Below, piece after piece: positions 17,127 to 26,378 of a stretch of 64,000 bases of DNA. Location: IMG/VR virus record IMGVR_UViG_3300025585_000039, positions 1 through 64,000 of that record, one strand, 5' to 3'. The stretch is from a virus. Numbering within the stretch: position 1 is the first letter of the stretch; each line of letters starts with the position of its first letter. Below the pieces are notes generated by a model. It was not told the origin of the DNA and did not search any database. It saw only the letters and a list, made by a program, of their open reading frames with translations. A program made the translations under genes and the position numbers.

Positions 17127-17356
17127 TACATCTTATCCCTAACAAGCATAACAATTGCCCCATTATCTTCTAGTGCTTTTTTAACTCTAATCATATACTC
17201 AACAGCAGAAATCTTATCATCATGTCCAAGTCTCATGAACTGCTCAGTATTAGCCTTGACTGTTAAAAAATTTTCATTATCAATTATTTGCACACTAAAA
17301 TTTTTAGGCGGTGTCAAGGATCTAAATGCTTTCTGCATTGACAAAGTATATGTCAT
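17126..17356 (-). CDS. hypothetical protein
   Basis: ATGA-coupled ORF. Confidence 0.75.
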   Translation of the reverse strand: MTYTLSMQKAFRSLTPPKNFSVQIIDNENFLTVKANTEQFMRLGHDDKISAVEYMIRVKKALEDNGAIVMLVRDKM

Positions 17357-17574
17357 TTCTCTTCTGCCCTCCACTGTCTAAATGATTTAATATAAACAGA
17401 AGCATACGCAAGAGCCATTATAATAAAACCATATTGCTTTGTAGCAAGTGCATAAAGTATCCAGATGCACTCATTGATACATAATACTAACCATCCCAGC
17501 ATGTTCTTATTACCAACAACATATATTCCAGAAACTCCAATTACTGCTAAGATCCAAGACCACCACTGATTCAT
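17353..17574 (-). CDS. small PnuC-like membrane protein
   Basis: 3 hydrophobic helices, GW...NE..W..Y pattern. Confidence 0.5.
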   Translation of the reverse strand: MNQWWSWILAVIGVSGIYVVGNKNMLGWLVLCINECIWILYALATKQYGFIIMALAYASVYIKSFRQWRAEEK

Positions 17575-17578
17575 ATTA

Positions 17579-17860
17579 TTAACCCATAGTCAAAGATTGC
17601 CAGGTTTCATTCCATTTATCTTTGTCCTTGTGTAAATTAAATTCTTTAGAGATCGCCCCATCTTCTAGGTAAACTCCACCCCAAACTCCCCATTCTTTTT
17701 GAGAAATTCCAACAGCAAAACATTGCTTGTTAACTGGGCATTGATTGCAGAGTTTGTCTAATGCATCTCGCAAAAGAACATCCTCTTCATATTTTTCAAA
17801 GAACATGTTTGTATCATAATCTAAACATGCAGATGAGTCTTTCCACTCATGTCTCTTCAT
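17579..17860 (-). CDS. whiB: WhiB family Fe-S transcription factor
   Basis: C-x22-C-x2-C-x5-C and GVWGG. Confidence 0.92.
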   Translation of the reverse strand: MKRHEWKDSSACLDYDTNMFFEKYEEDVLLRDALDKLCNQCPVNKQCFAVGISQKEWGVWGGVYLEDGAISKEFNLHKDKDKWNETWQSLTMG

Positions 17861-17863
17861 TGG

Positions 17864-18073
17864 CTATACCGCCAATTTGTCTGGTAACTCCCATCCAGAA
17901 CGAGTAGGAACAAAACGACGTGTCATATGCCACTTATTATTGATAAGTGCTCCAAATTTGGATGTTCTACCCTTGTCTGATGGATATCTATGGACTACTG
18001 TCCATCCATCCCAATCTAGGGATTTATTCTTTGCTACAATTTTTTCCATTTTTTCAAGTGATTCGATTTTCAT
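17864..18073 (-). CDS. hypothetical protein
   Basis: ORF with SD; WDGW motif. Confidence 0.75.
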   Translation of the reverse strand: MKIESLEKMEKIVAKNKSLDWDGWTVVHRYPSDKGRTSKFGALINNKWHMTRRFVPTRSGWELPDKLAV

Positions 18074-18081
18074 TATTATCC

Positions 18082-18432
18082 TTAGTATCTAAAAATTCCT
18101 ACCTCAACATTGTTGTTTTCGGCAGTCGAAACAATTTTTGATGTTGTCTCTTTTGGTGTTGATAAAAACGCAAAATAGTTAAAAGAACTCATATTCTCTT
18201 CTAACCAACTTGCTGGTACTTTATATAACTTTATTTTTTTATTTCGAAGTTTCATACCTTTTTCAGAAAGGTTTACAAACTCCATAGCCATTGAATTTAC
18301 TTTGGCTGGTCCAGCGGTATAGATAGCCAAGAGGTTGTCATCTGCTGGCATGCTGGACATAGCCACACCCATGGCCCTTAAGAAAACATTATAGTCGCTA
18401 AAACTATTTGTTCCCTGTACTCCCACTATCAC
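18082..18432 (-). CDS. SLOG/YspA-like protein
   Basis: IVGVQGT..F.DY..F N-terminus. Confidence 0.45.
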   Translation of the reverse strand: MIVGVQGTNSFSDYNVFLRAMGVAMSSMPADDNLLAIYTAGPAKVNSMAMEFVNLSEKGMKLRNKKIKLYKVPASWLEENMSSFNYFAFLSTPKETTSKIVSTAENNNVEVGIFRY

Positions 18433-18826
18433 GTTTTTGTCCGTTCTGTAATTGATCTACTATGAAGATCGTCTTATCTAATTCTACCTTATCCATACTC
18501 ATTGTGTCAACTGGAAAAGTAGTTTCTTTATCTACCCCTTCTTTGGTAACTTTGGCGGTATATAAAATGTTATCCTTAATCCAATAGGCATCTGGCCCAA
18601 TGATAATAACCCTGATTTGAACACCTTCCAGGTGCTTTGAGGACTGAGTGTTCAGAGGCTTCCTGAGAGAGGCTGTAGGGGGCATTAGAGGCCTTATAAT
18701 GCTATGTATATGGCTTTGTGAATATCTGTATGTATTGGTTGGCGGAATGCGTGTAAGGTTATTCAGGAGTATATATAGGAAGGCAGCCCCCAAAAAAGTG
18801 ACAAAAGAACCTATAAAATATTCCAT
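18404..18826 (-). CDS. membrane-anchored hypothetical protein
   Basis: N-terminal TM, SD AGGAG. Confidence 0.75.
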   Translation of the reverse strand: MEYFIGSFVTFLGAAFLYILLNNLTRIPPTNTYRYSQSHIHSIIRPLMPPTASLRKPLNTQSSKHLEGVQIRVIIIGPDAYWIKDNILYTAKVTKEGVDKETTFPVDTMSMDKVELDKTIFIVDQLQNGQKRDSGSTGNK

Positions 18827-18852
18827 GATATATGTCTCCTAATACTATTATA

Positions 18853-19191
18853 TCAGGATTCTTCACTAACGATTCTTACAATTTCCTTTAATACATTTTG
18901 TTGATCACTGGTTAGTTTATTAGTCTCAATAACATCTAAAGCCTTTGGTGTCAGCATAACCTTTGGATCATTGGTATCCATTTCTTGTATTTCCAAAAAC
19001 CCATATTGCCATAATGTCATTACATCTGTATAAAAGTATGTAAACATTGCATCATGTAATTGTGGATTGACAACTTCTAGTTTGTCAGTAAAAGAAAATA
19101 GTAATTCATTTGTATCCATATCAACAGCAGCAACTTCAAGTGCTCCATCAAGGATTAATTGCTCTACGATTTTATCCTCTGGTTCCATCAC
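18853..19191 (-). CDS. hypothetical protein, tandem paralog of 19172..19414
   Basis: L.L.GALEV..D..T.E.L...TDKL shared. Confidence 0.8.
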   Translation of the reverse strand: MMEPEDKIVEQLILDGALEVAAVDMDTNELLFSFTDKLEVVNPQLHDAMFTYFYTDVMTLWQYGFLEIQEMDTNDPKVMLTPKALDVIETNKLTSDQQNVLKEIVRIVSEES

Positions 19192-19414
19192 TAATTCTCC
19201 AAGTCATTGTTTTAGGTCCAGCATACATCATCTGGATCATATTTTTTCTAAAAATTGCGTTTACTTCTTTGTACATTGCTGGGGAAACCTCTTCAAGTTT
19301 ATCTGTAATTGCATACAAAGTCTCACCAGTTTGAGGATCCATACCAGACACTTCTAGCGCACCTTGTAAAAGTAAGTGTTCTAAAAGTGCCTCAGTTTTT
19401 ATATTGATATTCAC
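19172..19414 (-). CDS. hypothetical protein, tandem paralog of 18853..19191
   Basis: LLLQGALEVSGMDPQTGETLYAITDKL. Confidence 0.8.
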   Translation of the reverse strand: MNINIKTEALLEHLLLQGALEVSGMDPQTGETLYAITDKLEEVSPAMYKEVNAIFRKNMIQMMYAGPKTMTWRISDGTRG

Positions 19415-19818
19415 TTCTTCTTCTTAGCACGTTGCTTGGCAAGAGCATCGAAATCTTTTACCTTGGTATCTCCAAGATAGCCCCATGCATAACCGTCTTC
19501 AATCATTTGATCATTGACGGAAATAGTATTTCCATCTAAATATACCCACCCCAAAATACGACCGTATTTTTCTGTAGAGTCTGGCAATTCAGTTTTAATT
19601 ACTACTAGTTTAGCATCTTTGAACTTATATTTCAAGTACTCTTTTGCTTCTAATCCTAATGCTTTTTCAACCTTATCTGTTGTACGAGATTCAGGGGTAT
19701 CAATACCAGCCAATCTCACACGCTTTGTTAAAGAAATATCAAAGCCAAGATCAATATCAACATCGATAGTATCTCCATCGACTATCTTTATAACATTTTT
19801 TACTCTATATTCGTACAT
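19411..19818 (-). CDS. thermonuclease (SNase) family protein
   Basis: VDGDTID, RVRLAGIDTPE, KYGRILG. Confidence 0.92.
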   Translation of the reverse strand: MYEYRVKNVIKIVDGDTIDVDIDLGFDISLTKRVRLAGIDTPESRTTDKVEKALGLEAKEYLKYKFKDAKLVVIKTELPDSTEKYGRILGWVYLDGNTISVNDQMIEDGYAWGYLGDTKVKDFDALAKQRAKKKK

Positions 19819-19819
19819 T

Positions 19820-20479
19820 CTATAACCTATTCCCATGCCAATAATCCCAACCATGAAGATCTATGAATTCTTTTTGGAAGTTTTCTTGGTATGCGCTTTC
19901 TGTTAGTTTCTTTATTTCTTTTGTCATTCCATAATCATCTTGTTTTCCATCATGGAAATGAAAAAATATCATATCTACATATTCATCATCTTTTAATATT
20001 GTAGGCTTTCTCCAGTGTACCTCATACGATGGTTTAAAAACTAGTGCATCGTTATCTTCTAAAGAATACTCTTTATTTTCTACAACCAATTTCCACTCAA
20101 CATTAGATTCTAGTTGATAGTCAATAGTAAATGTAGAATGACCAGTGTCATAATGTGGTGCAAGTCGTGGAGTTCCATATTTAGGCGAGTATCTTGTAAA
20201 AGCATAACCATCTGGTTTTAGATCTTCACCATAATTATCTCTAGCATATTTTTCTATCTTATCGGCAATCCTTTTTGGAATTCTATCAGTAGCAACAAAC
20301 AGGGCACGTCCAGACCATTCCTGTGCTAAGACCTTATCTGTTGGTCTACCTTCTTTTGCAATAGTTTCAAGCGGTATGGTTACTGGCTCCATAGAATTAA
20401 AAAATCCATACATTGCTTCTTTGAGTTCTGCAATCTCATCATCTGTAAAGAATGCTTTAAGTTGATGGCTCTTTGTCAT
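19820..20479 (-). CDS. 2OG-Fe(II) oxygenase-like protein (DYQL family)
   Basis: PHYD...IDYQLESN..W...HWR...MIFFHF. Confidence 0.75.
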   Translation of the reverse strand: MTKSHQLKAFFTDDEIAELKEAMYGFFNSMEPVTIPLETIAKEGRPTDKVLAQEWSGRALFVATDRIPKRIADKIEKYARDNYGEDLKPDGYAFTRYSPKYGTPRLAPHYDTGHSTFTIDYQLESNVEWKLVVENKEYSLEDNDALVFKPSYEVHWRKPTILKDDEYVDMIFFHFHDGKQDDYGMTKEIKKLTESAYQENFQKEFIDLHGWDYWHGNRL

Positions 20480-20679
20480 TGTCTACCCCACTGAATATTA
20501 TTCCATCCACGCTCATGGAAATAATAAAGAATTGTTTTTGTTAATACCTCAAAACCAGCAATAGACGCTGCCGTAACTGCCTTATGTGTTATGAAATATG
20601 AAAGAACGAAGGTATCTAATGTACCAACAACTCTCCATGTAATTGCTTTTAGTGCAGATCTTGATTTAGTTACTTTCAT
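20476..20679 (-). CDS. DUF2061 membrane protein
   Basis: RS.LKAITWR...YYFHERGW. Confidence 0.85.
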   Translation of the reverse strand: MKVTKSRSALKAITWRVVGTLDTFVLSYFITHKAVTAASIAGFEVLTKTILYYFHERGWNNIQWGRQ

Positions 20680-20756
20680 GATGGCCACTCCATATCATTT
20701 GGTCTTGTGATAATATCCCAGATCTTCGATAAAACCTTTTTAAGTTTTGTAATCAT
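20676..20756 (-). CDS. 26-aa micro-protein
   Basis: MITKLKKVLSKIWDIITRPNDMEWPS, ATGA-coupled on both sides. Confidence 0.5.
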   Translation of the reverse strand: MITKLKKVLSKIWDIITRPNDMEWPS

Positions 20757-21310
20757 GAGATATACCTATTAGGAATAATGTCTACCAATAAATGAATGCG
20801 ATGCAACGGACTCTTGTTAACCACAGAGTGAATCTTAGCATTATTTATTTCCCAACATTCTCCTTCTTTCATTGTAACTGTTTTTTCATCTACAGTAAAA
20901 AAGACATTCTGATTTGTTATGATTGGTATATGGTGTCTGCGAGAATGCATAAGGTAGTCACCACTATCACTATGTGGATGAATGTCTCCAAATCCTTTTA
21001 GTTTAATTAGAAGGCATTGTCCAACTTTACCATCATGTAATATCTCTAAATCCCTTACAATTGGATCAACAAGACTCATAATGTTGTCATCAAAACATAA
21101 TTGTTGACCTTGGTATGGCGTATTAATACCCCACCCCAAAGGGTGAGTATATAAAAAAAATGACTCTGTAAATCTGTGTGTATATTCGCTGCGCTGCCTG
21201 CTTGTATTAATTTGCCATTCTGAATTAAATTTTTCAACAATAGACCGCAATTGAGAAACGTCAAATTGTTTGTGCATTGTTATGCTAAATTCTTCGTCCC
21301 TCTTGTACAT
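20753..21310 (-). CDS. Asp/Asn beta-hydroxylase family 2OG oxygenase
   Basis: I.PHSD...RHHIPIITN...WEINN...HSV.N...RIHL.VD. Confidence 0.88.
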   Translation of the reverse strand: MYKRDEEFSITMHKQFDVSQLRSIVEKFNSEWQINTSRQRSEYTHRFTESFFLYTHPLGWGINTPYQGQQLCFDDNIMSLVDPIVRDLEILHDGKVGQCLLIKLKGFGDIHPHSDSGDYLMHSRRHHIPIITNQNVFFTVDEKTVTMKEGECWEINNAKIHSVVNKSPLHRIHLLVDIIPNRYIS

Positions 21311-21311
21311 T

Positions 21312-22073
21312 TTAGATACCTAACTCTTTTCGCTTTTGTGTGGCACTAATGGATTCAATTTCATCACCAAGTTTAACTTGTTCTATTTTATATCCAACGT
21401 CACGACCATAAACAATATTAGTAATGTTAGGTAATCTAAGAACCATTGATCCATCCATAAATGAATCTTTAGCAATATAATCTTTTACTTCATCAAACTT
21501 TAATGGATCTTTTTCGCTTGTTTTATATGTATTACGCACTCCCAGAAGTACCTGATCAGTTCTCTTACCTGCTTCTACATATAGAGCGTGATGACCCTCA
21601 TGCCATGGTTGATATCGCCCAAGCATAAGTGTTGTTGGTGCAGACCAATCATGCAAGCCAAATTCTTTAATTATTACGGATGCTTTATCATCTGCATCAA
21701 GAATGTGGCTTGGAAACGAGATGTCATATTGAGTTGGCTCTTCAAACATTTTATTTGTATCTTCAAAACGACTTTCCTTGATTGTTCTCATCCAAATAAG
21801 AATATCTGGCTTACCAAATGCTGCACGAGTTAAATCTGTTGGGCATACAAAGTCAACAATAACTGGAGCAACACCTTGCTTTGAAATAAGACGTGCCATC
21901 TCTCCCATGCGTCGTGCCTGTTCTAAACGATCCTCTGGCGTAAAGCCAAGATCTGAATTCACTGTTGCACGAACCTCATCTGCATTAAGATGAATAGCGT
22001 TAATACGTTCTTTTAATGCCTTCGCAAGTTCTGTTTTGCCAGAACCTGGCAATCCAATTATTTGAATAATCAT
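21312..22073 (-). CDS. adenylylsulfate kinase fused to an HxGH nucleotidyltransferase domain
   Basis: GLPGSGKT, NADEVR...DLGF..EDR; C-terminal GRYQPWHEGH...SAT..R. Confidence 0.85.
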   Translation of the reverse strand: MIIQIIGLPGSGKTELAKALKERINAIHLNADEVRATVNSDLGFTPEDRLEQARRMGEMARLISKQGVAPVIVDFVCPTDLTRAAFGKPDILIWMRTIKESRFEDTNKMFEEPTQYDISFPSHILDADDKASVIIKEFGLHDWSAPTTLMLGRYQPWHEGHHALYVEAGKRTDQVLLGVRNTYKTSEKDPLKFDEVKDYIAKDSFMDGSMVLRLPNITNIVYGRDVGYKIEQVKLGDEIESISATQKRKELGI

Positions 22074-22324
22074 TCTTCTGTTTCGTCCTCAAGTTTGTTC
22101 TCTGATAAACGTTCACGTTCATCTAATATTTCATACATAAATTGCATCATTTTATCGTACCCCTCTGGAGTAGACATAATACCGTTATAATGATGTGCAC
22201 AAAAAAGTAGATCTCCAGATACTCCAGTTACCTTAACATAGGCCTGTGCAGAACATCTGTCACATCTATCATTTGCATCTAGTACCCACTCCCTTTTAGA
22301 TACGGAAGGGTGTGTTGCCGTCAT
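22070..22324 (-). CDS. actinobacterial-type small Zn-binding protein
   Basis: DRCDRC.AQAYV...L.FCAHH. Confidence 0.75.
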   Translation of the reverse strand: MTATHPSVSKREWVLDANDRCDRCSAQAYVKVTGVSGDLLFCAHHYNGIMSTPEGYDKMMQFMYEILDERERLSENKLEDETEE

Positions 22325-22331
22325 ACTCATA

Positions 22332-22517
22332 TTATACCTTTCGATTATCAGTGGAATAAAAGCCAGAGCCGTTAAAAACCGCTCCTACATTAGAGTATAC
22401 ACGAACTAGTGGTTTTTGGCAAGTTTCACACAAATATCCTGGATCATCTTCAGTCATAGCCCTAACTTTGATATATCTTTGGGCACAAGCCATGCAATCA
22501 TATTCGTATGATGGCAT
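22332..22517 (-). CDS. FmdB family zinc-ribbon protein
   Basis: MPSYEYDC..C...C..C...F.GSGFYSTD. Confidence 0.9.
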   Translation of the reverse strand: MPSYEYDCMACAQRYIKVRAMTEDDPGYLCETCQKPLVRVYSNVGAVFNGSGFYSTDNRKV

Positions 22518-22624
22518 TACTTTTTCTTCTTTGCTTTAACGTACCATATTGGTAAATTTAAATTATCTCCAGACCATTCATAGCCAAGTAGTTTAACAAC
22601 AAACTTAATAATCTTAATACGCAT
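22517..22624 (-). CDS. 35-aa basic micro-protein
   Basis: MRIKIIKFVVKLLGYEW..., TAATG-coupled. Confidence 0.55.
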   Translation of the reverse strand: MRIKIIKFVVKLLGYEWSGDNLNLPIWYVKAKKKK

Positions 22625-22824
22625 TATTTTACCTTATTCCCAAATTTTGTCCAAAGTCTTTCATGCACAAAGTACAAAGCAGATTCCCAAAATAATTCCG
22701 CCAGAGCAGCAATACCAGCAATTTCCCATTCTCCTGTTAAAAGAAAAATTGTTCCTGCAACCATTGTCATGTGAACCAGTTGCCAAGTAACTGTTTTAAG
22801 TAGACTCTTTTTTGGTGTATCCAT
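22624..22824 (-). CDS. DUF2061 membrane protein
   Basis: SLLKTVTW...YFVHERLW. Confidence 0.8.
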   Translation of the reverse strand: MDTPKKSLLKTVTWQLVHMTMVAGTIFLLTGEWEIAGIAALAELFWESALYFVHERLWTKFGNKVK

Positions 22825-23606
22825 TACTTTACTCCCTTAATTCTTCTGTATGTTTCTTCATCTACAATACCATTTACTGGAAGACCTTCTTTTTTCTGAA
22901 AAGCCCTTACCGCTTTATCGGTAATTGGTCCAAACACACCTTCTGCTGGCTTAACACCAAGTGCTACTTGAACAACCTTAACTGAAGATCCCTTCGATCC
23001 TTGCTTAAATGGTTTAAATAATTTTACTTCTGGAACTTCGACACCTTGTGATTTAGCAACTTCAGCAAGTGCAACCTTCTTGTCTTCTAAAGGCATTGGT
23101 GCATCTGCATCTGGATAATCAACTACTCCGTATCCTGCAATGAATACTTGAAGACCTTTCTTGTTAGGACCGTATGCACGAAGTTTCTTTGCACACTCAC
23201 CACCATTTGACTGACTACCCTTCTTTCCATCAGCGGATGTATTTCCTTCAATACACCAAGCAGTTCCATCACCATTATCTTTCAATACCCAACCAACATG
23301 GTCAATGTCACGACCACCAGGGAAGTCAAAATAAACTACCCAACCTGGCTGTGGTTTGTTACCTTTAACAGGAACCCACTTGTTCATCTTTTTAAATGCT
23401 GCTACACCAGCAGGTGTATAAACTGTATTTGGAACTTTTACACCAGCCTGATTAGCGGACCAGTTAACAAACGATCCACACCATGGCAAGAAATTTGCCT
23501 TTGTGTATGCACCATATTTTGTTTCATTATCTTTTGGACCTTCTACGGTTCCAACTTCTTTTTGAATCACTTCAAGTAGAAGTGCTCTTGTACCTTTTTC
23601 TGCCAT
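22824..23606 (-). CDS. endolysin: CHAP amidase plus peptidoglycan-binding domain
   Basis: PWCGSFV, DHVG.V, IEGNT; C-terminal G.FGP.T..AV..FQ...GL...G.V. Confidence 0.9.
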   Translation of the reverse strand: MAEKGTRALLLEVIQKEVGTVEGPKDNETKYGAYTKANFLPWCGSFVNWSANQAGVKVPNTVYTPAGVAAFKKMNKWVPVKGNKPQPGWVVYFDFPGGRDIDHVGWVLKDNGDGTAWCIEGNTSADGKKGSQSNGGECAKKLRAYGPNKKGLQVFIAGYGVVDYPDADAPMPLEDKKVALAEVAKSQGVEVPEVKLFKPFKQGSKGSSVKVVQVALGVKPAEGVFGPITDKAVRAFQKKEGLPVNGIVDEETYRRIKGVK

Positions 23607-23620
23607 TTTTCCTCCTAGTG

Positions 23621-25045
23621 TTACCTGATAATTTTTGTATTATAGGTCTTTTCCCACTCTATTATATCACTCTCATCATTTAGTAGTGGTTGGCCTTTAA
23701 TATTTAAACTGGTATTTAATAATATAGGAACACCAGTTGCCTTATAAAATTTTTCTAAAACAGCATACAATCCAGGATGCTGTTCTTTAGTTACTGTCTG
23801 AACCCTAGATGTGCCATCAATATGCACCACAGAAGGTATTAAATCTGGCTTTAAACATCTTGGGGTATATTGCATATATGGGGATTCATACTTCATGTCA
23901 AACCATTCTGAGGCGTGTTCTGCCATTATTACGGGGGCAAAAGGTCTAAACAATTCACGCTTCTTAATAAGATTTACCTTGTCTTTAATATTTGGATCTC
24001 TTGGATCAGCAAGGATACTTCTATTTCCTAATGCCCTTGGACCAAACTCTGCTCTACCGCTTGCTACTGCAGCAATTTGATTTGTCATAATCTCATTAAA
24101 GATAGCATCAACTGGATACTTTCCTGGAATATTATATCCAAGATATGGTCCTTCCCATTTTACATGTTTTGCACGAAGAGCAAGGGCAGCACCCAAAGAA
24201 CTACCAGCATCTCCAGGATTTGGCATGATCCAAACGTCATCAAAAATATCCCAAAGCATTGTATTGGCTGAAGCATTTAATGCACAACCACCCATAAAAA
24301 CCAAATTCTTATATTCTGGTAATAGTTCTCCTCGAACCATTATCATAAACTCCCACAATCTTTCTTCATACACCTTTTGAACTGAAGCAGCAATATCAAA
24401 CTTATCTTGATCAGTCAAGATGTGGTATGGCCAATCTTTAATTCCTTGATGGTAATTATATTTTTGTGTTTTAATATCAGGGAAGTAGGACCAAACCTCT
24501 TTGTAATATGTGTCTGGATTTCCATACCCTGCCATACCCATTAGAATATATTCTTCTTGATTTGGCATTAAACCTATCAGTTGTGTAAATGCAGAATAGA
24601 ATAAACCGAAACTTAATGGATATTTTATTTCTTTAACAAGTTTGATATCCTCTCCATCTCCTACCCAAACAGTAGACGTAGAAAATTCTCCAATAGCATC
24701 TAAAACAACAATTGCTGCTTTGTCAAATGGACTTGTATAATATCCTGCACAAGCATGGGTGTAGTGATGCTTAAATGATATATCAAACTTATGTTTTGGC
24801 TTCCAATCTGCAGCACCACCACGTAAAACCAATCTTAACTTTTTAAGTCCAGGCTTTTCATAGTATGCAATTTCATCTGGAGTTCCTCCGTATCGCTCTG
24901 CATCTTTCCATAACTCATTATTGGTATACCAATCATTTTTAATCTTGCTATATCTTTCTGCGTGTCCAGCAAATAAAATAGAACTATTTTTAATTACAGC
25001 AAGTGCAGCATCGTGAGATGTCTCATTGAATCCAAATATTTTCAT
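23621..25045 (-). CDS. carbamoyltransferase (NodU/CmcH/TobZ family)
   Basis: SHDAA, HHYTHA, DAIGE, GGCALN, GDAG, EFGPRALGNRSILADPR, RPFAP, LNTSLN. Confidence 0.95.
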   Translation of the reverse strand: MKIFGFNETSHDAALAVIKNSSILFAGHAERYSKIKNDWYTNNELWKDAERYGGTPDEIAYYEKPGLKKLRLVLRGGAADWKPKHKFDISFKHHYTHACAGYYTSPFDKAAIVVLDAIGEFSTSTVWVGDGEDIKLVKEIKYPLSFGLFYSAFTQLIGLMPNQEEYILMGMAGYGNPDTYYKEVWSYFPDIKTQKYNYHQGIKDWPYHILTDQDKFDIAASVQKVYEERLWEFMIMVRGELLPEYKNLVFMGGCALNASANTMLWDIFDDVWIMPNPGDAGSSLGAALALRAKHVKWEGPYLGYNIPGKYPVDAIFNEIMTNQIAAVASGRAEFGPRALGNRSILADPRDPNIKDKVNLIKKRELFRPFAPVIMAEHASEWFDMKYESPYMQYTPRCLKPDLIPSVVHIDGTSRVQTVTKEQHPGLYAVLEKFYKATGVPILLNTSLNIKGQPLLNDESDIIEWEKTYNTKIIR

Positions 25046-25722
25046 TATTCTTGTCCAGTGGAATCTCTTTTAGCAGAAAGGGGAACATTGTGATACCAAT
25101 TTGGTAACGCATATCTTGGACCTTTTGTAACTGGATGAACTTCATGAACATACAAAAAGTTAGATGGGAAGAACAAAACGCTTCCTGGATCTGGTTTAAT
25201 TACAAGGTCTGAATGTCTAAACTCTATCTCTCCGCCCTCATAGTCATCATTGAGATAAAGCAATACAGATAAAACTCTTGTACTAATTCCTTGATCTTGA
25301 TGAGCAGGAAGGTGTCCAGTTTTTTCATACTTCAATAAATGCATTGTATGTTCTCTAGACTTAATGTTCTTTTCTGCAAATGGATATAAGTCTTTTGTAT
25401 AGTGATCAAGCGTTATATCTAATGCACCAAATAGTTCTGAAGAAATAAACTTTTGTTCTTCACCATATATATCATTTGCTGGAATGTCTTTGACTTGTGG
25501 AATAAACTTCTGCATGTTAAACGTCAGCATGCTTTCACCCTCGCCATATGTCCAAGGAACCCATGGCTTTACGGATGTTTGATTTGGTCCAGGCTTATCA
25601 GTAAGCCATCTATTCTCAAGTTCTTCAACAGCATCAATAATCTTTTGTGGTTCTTTAATTACATTTGTATAATAAACTAAACCAAGATCTAAAACTTCAT
25701 AATCAAACATGGTTAAGTCCAT
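25045..25722 (-). CDS. 2OG-Fe(II) oxygenase, prolyl-4-hydroxylase-like
   Basis: HQD...YLNDDYEGGE...FPSN..Y.HEV.PV..G.RY; start could be 25710. Confidence 0.9.
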   Translation of the reverse strand: MDLTMFDYEVLDLGLVYYTNVIKEPQKIIDAVEELENRWLTDKPGPNQTSVKPWVPWTYGEGESMLTFNMQKFIPQVKDIPANDIYGEEQKFISSELFGALDITLDHYTKDLYPFAEKNIKSREHTMHLLKYEKTGHLPAHQDQGISTRVLSVLLYLNDDYEGGEIEFRHSDLVIKPDPGSVLFFPSNFLYVHEVHPVTKGPRYALPNWYHNVPLSAKRDSTGQE

Positions 25723-26353
25723 ATTCTCTTGCAAGCCACTTTGGTCTTTGGCCTGGGAATAGGAACTCTGGATCTGCATTTTGTGGCAAACTAGTATGCA
25801 TATACAGTGCCGTATATCTATTGCCCTTAGTTACCGTTGTAATACCATGTACATATTCTGTTCCAGCACTTGGGAAAAATACCGCCGAATATTTCTTAGG
25901 AGCATAAACAACATTTTGGTTTGGAAAATAAATTCTTCCACCTTCAAAATCATCGTTAAGATACATAACGGTACTCCACTCAATCCATGGTTCTGGGCCT
26001 TGTGCATCAATGTGTAGGTCTCCCTTTTTACCTTCTGCCCACCAAGATCCAAACCCTTTGAATACATATATATCATGCATATACCCATTGAGTCTTCTGT
26101 GGTCTTCGTTTGCTTTCTGTCCATACTTAACAAGTACTTCCATAACTTGCTTGTTATAAGGAAGAGAAGTTCCTCCAAATCTTTTCTTATAATAATCTGG
26201 ATAATCATTAACCTCAGAAGGATTTTGCATTTCTCTAACTAAGAGATCTGCATCTTCTGGTGTAATGTAATTTTCTATAACATGAATTCTATGGCCATAG
26301 GTTTCTGGTCCGTGTGCCTCTAAATAGTTTTCTGGATTTGCTACTTCGATCAT
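25703..26353 (-). CDS. 2OG-Fe(II) oxygenase, prolyl-4-hydroxylase-like
   Basis: HID...YLNDDFEGG...HG...RY; SD GAGGAG. Confidence 0.9.
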   Translation of the reverse strand: MIEVANPENYLEAHGPETYGHRIHVIENYITPEDADLLVREMQNPSEVNDYPDYYKKRFGGTSLPYNKQVMEVLVKYGQKANEDHRRLNGYMHDIYVFKGFGSWWAEGKKGDLHIDAQGPEPWIEWSTVMYLNDDFEGGRIYFPNQNVVYAPKKYSAVFFPSAGTEYVHGITTVTKGNRYTALYMHTSLPQNADPEFLFPGQRPKWLAREYGLNHV

Positions 26354-26378
26354 TTTTTCTCCTCTTATTATTATACCA

